Source of the DNA: a virus
Direction: 5' to 3' (one strand)
DNA: 42,020 nucleotides
IMG/VR virus record: IMGVR_UViG_3300036852_000372
Span: 1-42,020 of that record
Position numbers and translations under genes: made by a program. Below the pieces are notes generated by a model. It did not search any database. It saw only the letters and a program-made list of their open reading frames with translations, and was not told the origin of the DNA. Positions 38,313 through 42,020 of this stretch are shown here, piece by piece. How positions within the stretch are numbered: position 1 is the first letter of the stretch; each line of letters starts with the position of its first letter.

Positions 38313-40134
38313 ACTTGAAGACGGCACAATCTTGGAAGCTCCGGATGATGCAAATCCGGACGAGGTTGAGCGCGACTACAAGCGTCAAATCGGCATAGCT
38401 GCACTTCAGGCAAAGAATCCTGGCGAATACGATCCGAATTCAAGTCTCTACAAAGCGAAGTATGGTGCGCAGGGAAAAGTTGACGTCCCTGTCCTGAACA
38501 TGGACCCTACCGAAAGACAAAAGTATCTAGATATGGGTCTGGATTCCAACACCATTGACCGTCTTTTTAAGAGTCGTGGCTCCACTAAGAGTATGATTCC
38601 TGGGAGTGATCACACCGCTGCCGTCGGTAGTGGCATGCTTCGTGGATGGAAGGGTGTGACGAATCTAGCTTTGCCAGATTCTCTCACTCCCTCGTGGGCG
38701 AGTGATGAAACTCTCAAGAATATGGATGAGAGAGATGCAGAGCTTCCTCTTTCTGGTAAAATTATCGGCGGCGCGGCAGCCACGGCACCCCTTAGCATGG
38801 GCACCGGAGCACTCCTCTCGACAGCCTCGAAGGCCGCTCCTGCGGCGAGCGTGCTGGCCCGCACCATGGCTAGCCCCTACGCCCGCTCGGCGATCGAGGG
38901 GGCCACACAGGGCGCTATTTATGCGGACCCCGACAAGCAGGGGCAAGGAGCTCTAGTAGGTGGTGTACTCGGCCCGACACTCACTGGCCTTGGCAAGGTC
39001 GGTGGACGTATACTTCGCGGCACTATTGCGAAAAGCGAAGCAGCCAAAGCTCTTGAACAACTCGCCGGCCAGCATGGGGACGATATATTCCTCCCCATTT
39101 CGCAGGCTGCCAGTGAGGAAGATATCGTCAGCCGTCTAGGAAAGACCTTGTATAAGGATGCCCTCCCAATCGTTCCCGGAGTGAAGGGAAAGCTTCAGCG
39201 TCAGGGAGCGCAGGCTGCGGATAAACTCCGTGAAATTGCCCTAAAGGAAGCTCTGCCCCCTGGAGCGACGTTGCCAGCGAACGCAGGCACGAAGGTTTCG
39301 GCTGCTGTTGACCAGATGGCTCAGCAATTTGACGATGTATACGACAAGACTGTTAAGTCGTATGCCTTCAATGTTCCTAAAGATCTTAAGACGGAAGTGG
39401 CCGCCACAGTCAAGAAGATGACTGATCCGAAGACAACAGTCAACAAGACTACCCTGAATAAGGTGACGTCCGAAGTTGAAGCATTGATGAAGCAGTTTTC
39501 GGATGGGAAGCCTTCTATTGACGGCCAAAACCTCCTCAATGTGAAGCGAGAAATCAGTGAGCTTCTCAAACAGGCTCGTAATCACGAAAAGCCTGTTTGG
39601 AAAGCTGCTGATAAATGGATCGATGACCATATTATCGCCGAAATGAAGCAGGGCGGCTCCAAGCTTAACCTGGATGATCTCAAGTCGTACCTTGAGTTGA
39701 CTCCAGCGTATCGTGCGTTTGCTCCTGTCAAGGCTGCGGCGGGTCAAGCTGCGGATAAAGAGGGGCGTTTCCTCTTTCGTACTCTTGCACGCGTAGCCAA
39801 GAATAGTCCTGAGCAGCGTGCGATCGGCCAGATCGGTGCCGAAACCGTGGATAAGTCAGCTGCGGCTGGTGGTTTGACTGGTAAGATCCTCGCTGGACTC
39901 GGTATGGGTGGTGCTGGCTTCGGTGCTATGATGTCACCAGGAGCGACCGTGGCTGCGCTAGCCGGAGGTAATGCTCTGGCGACCAAGCCAGTGCAGAGAG
40001 CTCTGTTGGGCGACACTAAATTGCAGAAGCTTATCGTTGAATTACTCCGTAATAACCCGAATGCTGCACGACGGGCGGGCGCTCTTGCTCGTGGCGCAGC
40101 TGTCCAATCCACAGTAGGTGAAGAAAATGAGTGA
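38302..40134 (+). CDS. Large internal virion/ejection protein candidate (610 aa) with Gly/Ala-rich hydrophobic segments
   Basis: GTG start overlaps the previous gene. The GGAAATAPLSMGTGALLS and GLGMGGAGFGAMMSPGATVAALAGG segments resemble membrane-inserting ejection proteins. Confidence 0.55.
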   Translation: MEIELEDGTILEAPDDANPDEVERDYKRQIGIAALQAKNPGEYDPNSSLYKAKYGAQGKVDVPVLNMDPTERQKYLDMGLDSNTIDRLFKSRGSTKSMIPGSDHTAAVGSGMLRGWKGVTNLALPDSLTPSWASDETLKNMDERDAELPLSGKIIGGAAATAPLSMGTGALLSTASKAAPAASVLARTMASPYARSAIEGATQGAIYADPDKQGQGALVGGVLGPTLTGLGKVGGRILRGTIAKSEAAKALEQLAGQHGDDIFLPISQAASEEDIVSRLGKTLYKDALPIVPGVKGKLQRQGAQAADKLREIALKEALPPGATLPANAGTKVSAAVDQMAQQFDDVYDKTVKSYAFNVPKDLKTEVAATVKKMTDPKTTVNKTTLNKVTSEVEALMKQFSDGKPSIDGQNLLNVKREISELLKQARNHEKPVWKAADKWIDDHIIAEMKQGGSKLNLDDLKSYLELTPAYRAFAPVKAAAGQAADKEGRFLFRTLARVAKNSPEQRAIGQIGAETVDKSAAAGGLTGKILAGLGMGGAGFGAMMSPGATVAALAGGNALATKPVQRALLGDTKLQKLIVELLRNNPNAARRAGALARGAAVQSTVGEENE

Positions 40135-40315
40135 CGGACCCACCCCAGAAATGGTCGCAGCGGCTCTTCGCAACAGGAAGAATCCTGTCAACAAGAAGCT
40201 CAAGCCCATGGAAATGCATGCCCGAGGCTACCAGCTCTACGTGAAGGAGCAACAGGCCATGGGCGAACCCGCCGTTCCGTACGAAGAATGGATGAAGACT
40301 CAGCAGCCGATGTAA
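40127..40315 (+). CDS. Hypothetical small protein (62 aa)
   Basis: ATG 40127 overlaps the previous stop, and AGGTGA lies 5 nt upstream. Confidence 0.55.
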   Translation: MSDGPTPEMVAAALRNRKNPVNKKLKPMEMHARGYQLYVKEQQAMGEPAVPYEEWMKTQQPM

Positions 40316-40323
40316 GGTGAACT

Positions 40324-42020
40324 ATGCCTCGTAACAGTAGCGGAACATACAGCCTCCCGGCAGGCAATCCGGTCGTAACCGGGACAACGATTAGCACCGT
40401 CTGGGCTAATACGACCCTGTCCGATATCGGAACCGCCATGACTGACTCCCTCAGTCGGTCTGGGGATGGTGGTATGCTCGCTCCTCTGGAGTTGGTGGCT
40501 GGCGCGATCGGCGCCCCCGCGCTGACGTGGGGTGCGGAAACTACCTCTGGACTTTATCGAGCTGGAGCAGGGGACTTCAGATTTGCAATAGCTGGAGTAG
40601 ATGTTTGGTCCGTAGGTTCTTCTGGTTCTTATTCCCTTCGAATTCTTGCAGGGGATGGAACTGTAGCTGCTCCTGGAATTGCGTTTAATTCAGATCAAGA
40701 TACTGGGTTCTACCGCATAGGGGCAAATGAACTTCGCATGGCCGTCGGCGGCGCTGCGATGGCCATATTTAGTTCTGCAGTTGCTCAATTCAATGCAACA
40801 CAGACTTTAGTCGGAGATGGTCTGGTTGGTACTCCGGGTATCTCTTTCTCTAATGATCCAGATACGGGCATATATCGTATCGGAGCAAATGAACTTCGTA
40901 TTGCGGTTGGTGGGGCCGCGATGGTTGTCCTCAATTCCTCCGTAGCACAGTTTAATTCGTCACAAGTTCTCGTTAATGACGGTCTCGTAGGAACTCCCGG
41001 ACTTTCATTCTTCAATGATCCGGATACGGGCATGTATCGTCCAGGAGCGGACACCATTCGTTTCGCCACGGGAGGAGTCCTGCGCCTCGACATGTCCTCT
41101 GGAGGATTCAAACCCACGACTGTGATCCTTCCCACGGTGGATGGAGCTGTGGGCGCCCCCCTGTATTCGTTTGATAATGACCCGGATACCGGCATCTACC
41201 GCCCCGGAGCAGATGAAATTCGTATTGCGACGGGGGGTGTACTCCGTCTGGCGTTGTCTTCTGGAGGGTTAAAGTCGGCCGTCGTAAACTTACCTTTGAT
41301 TGACGGTACAGCGGGAGCTCCGGTTTACTCATTTGACAATGACTCCAACACTGGAGTATTCCGTGCTGGTGCCGATGATATGAGCTTCAGCGCCGGTGGC
41401 ACGACTCGTATGTCTGTCAACGGCACATCAGTCATTGTCAACACGGTACCATTTCACGTTCAGGATGGATCAGTCGGTGCTGCGTCTGTTTCTTTCTTCA
41501 ATGATCCCGATACGGGCCTCTATCGTCTGAACGCGAATGAGCTACGAATCACCACTGGTGGTTCGGCGATGATGATTGTTTCTTCTGCCGCAACCCAGAC
41601 AAATTCAACGCAATTCTTAACTGGCGACGGGGCTGTCGGAACTCCTTCTCACTCGTTTGCAAATGATCCTGACACTGGCTTTTTCCGTGATACGGCCAAT
41701 CAGATCGCCATCGCACTTGCGGGGGCTGCGGCTGGGCAGATAGCGCAGGGTAGCTTCACGATGACCCTTACTGGATTCACGGCTGCCCCAACTCCTTCTG
41801 CAACATGGCAGCGAATTGGAAATCTAGTTATAATCAGAGTGCCACAATTCGCCTCAACAAGTAATGGTGTAGGATTTACCTGCACGAATATTCCTGCTAT
41901 TATCCAGCCATCCACACCAACCTATGCTTGGATCGGCTCAGGCCAGGATAACAGTGTTCAGTCCAATACGGTTAGCTGTTTAATCAACGGTGCAACTATG
42001 ACTTTCCAAATTGGAAATGG
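40324..42020 (+). CDS. Tail fibre protein (N-terminal 565 aa; continues at 1..209)
   Basis: AAGGTG RBS. The N-terminus SGTYSLPAGNPVVTGTTISTVWANTTLSDIGTAMTDSLSRSGDGGM is a common phage tail-fibre anchor motif. No stop occurs before the window end. Hand-translated in full. Confidence 0.85.
   Translation, partial: MPRNSSGTYSLPAGNPVVTGTTISTVWANTTLSDIGTAMTDSLSRSGDGGMLAPLELVAGAIGAPALTWGAETTSGLYRAGAGDFRFAIAGVDVWSVGSSGSYSLRILAGDGTVAAPGIAFNSDQDTGFYRIGANELRMAVGGAAMAIFSSAVAQFNATQTLVGDGLVGTPGISFSNDPDTGIYRIGANELRIAVGGAAMVVLNSSVAQFNSSQVLVNDGLVGTPGLSFFNDPDTGMYRPGADTIRFATGGVLRLDMSSGGFKPTTVILPTVDGAVGAPLYSFDNDPDTGIYRPGADEIRIATGGVLRLALSSGGLKSAVVNLPLIDGTAGAPVYSFDNDSNTGVFRAGADDMSFSAGGTTRMSVNGTSVIVNTVPFHVQDGSVGAASVSFFNDPDTGLYRLNANELRITTGGSAMMIVSSAATQTNSTQFLTGDGAVGTPSHSFANDPDTGFFRDTANQIAIALAGAAAGQIAQGSFTMTLTGFTAAPTPSATWQRIGNLVIIRVPQFASTSNGVGFTCTNIPAIIQPSTPTYAWIGSGQDNSVQSNTVSCLINGATMTFQIGN
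40498..41751 (+). repeat. Eight in-frame tandem repeats (about 50-55 aa each) inside the tail fibre
   Basis: The recurring block is (G)DG.VG.P..SF.NDPDTG.YR.GA.E.R...GG.......S. It recurs at approximately aa 59, 110, 164, 218, 272, 325, 380 and 433. Confidence 0.85.
41894..42020. repeat. Second copy of the 127-bp terminal redundancy (identical to 1..127)
   Basis: Exact identity, read base by base. Confidence 0.95.

Noticed and set aside
40785-41195. 136-aa minus-strand ORF with its own internal repeats (RYMPVSGSL...)
   Set aside because: It is a mirror image of the tail-fibre tandem repeats. Its periodicity is inherited from the sense strand.
40498-41751. Possible CRISPR array or diversity-generating retroelement target, because of the regular repeats
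   Set aside because: The repeats are about 160 nt, diverged, contiguous and in frame within one ORF, with no spacers. No reverse transcriptase or template repeat is present anywhere in the genome.
1-42020. Lysogeny module, phage RNA polymerase, tRNA/rRNA genes, toxin-antitoxin pairs
   Set aside because: I looked for integrase/recombinase, CI/Cro-like repressor pairs, a large single-subunit RNAP ORF and cloverleaf-like intergenic segments. I found none by eye. This is absence of evidence only; tRNAscan and profile searches should confirm it.

Overview
This window is a complete, circularly closed (or circularly permuted) tailed-phage genome. Bases 1..127 recur exactly at 41894..42020, giving a unit length of 41893 bp, and the tail-fibre ORF reads straight through that junction.

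Architecture:
(i) A rightward late operon runs 22347 -> 42020/1 -> 1611. It holds small and large terminase, portal, scaffold, major capsid, a decoration-like protein, adaptor/nozzle-like proteins, Q/M/P-rich internal proteins, a repeat-rich tail fibre, small lipoprotein/membrane/secreted proteins and an M15 endolysin. No tape-measure, tube or sheath gene is visible, so a podovirus-like virion is likely.
(ii) A long leftward early/replication operon runs ~14283 -> 1614. It holds family A DNA polymerase, a Cas4-like nuclease, VRR-NUC, an SNF2 helicase, and a cluster of ThyA homologue, aGPT-Pplase-like, GT-A-like, HAD and DUF3310 genes.
(iii) A rightward primase-helicase operon spans 14508..17856.
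(iv) A leftward block of about 13 small ORFans runs 22256 -> 19169.
(v) Between (iii) and (iv) lies a ~1.1-kb atypical region. It carries three sigma54-type -24/-12 elements, a strikingly GC-rich gene that is a paralogue of 7263..7655, and dense short-repeat arrays.

I recognised no integrase, repressor, phage RNA polymerase, tRNA, rRNA or CRISPR array.

Best candidates for new biology:
- A thymidine-hypermodification-type cluster that lacks the canonical 5-hmdU DNA kinase.
- An MptE/Maf-like-methyltransferase fusion plus glycosyltransferase embedded in the capsid module.
- The sigma54-driven GC-rich cassette, bracketed by iteron-like repeats.

All functional calls rest on motifs read by eye and on synteny. 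No database search was run.
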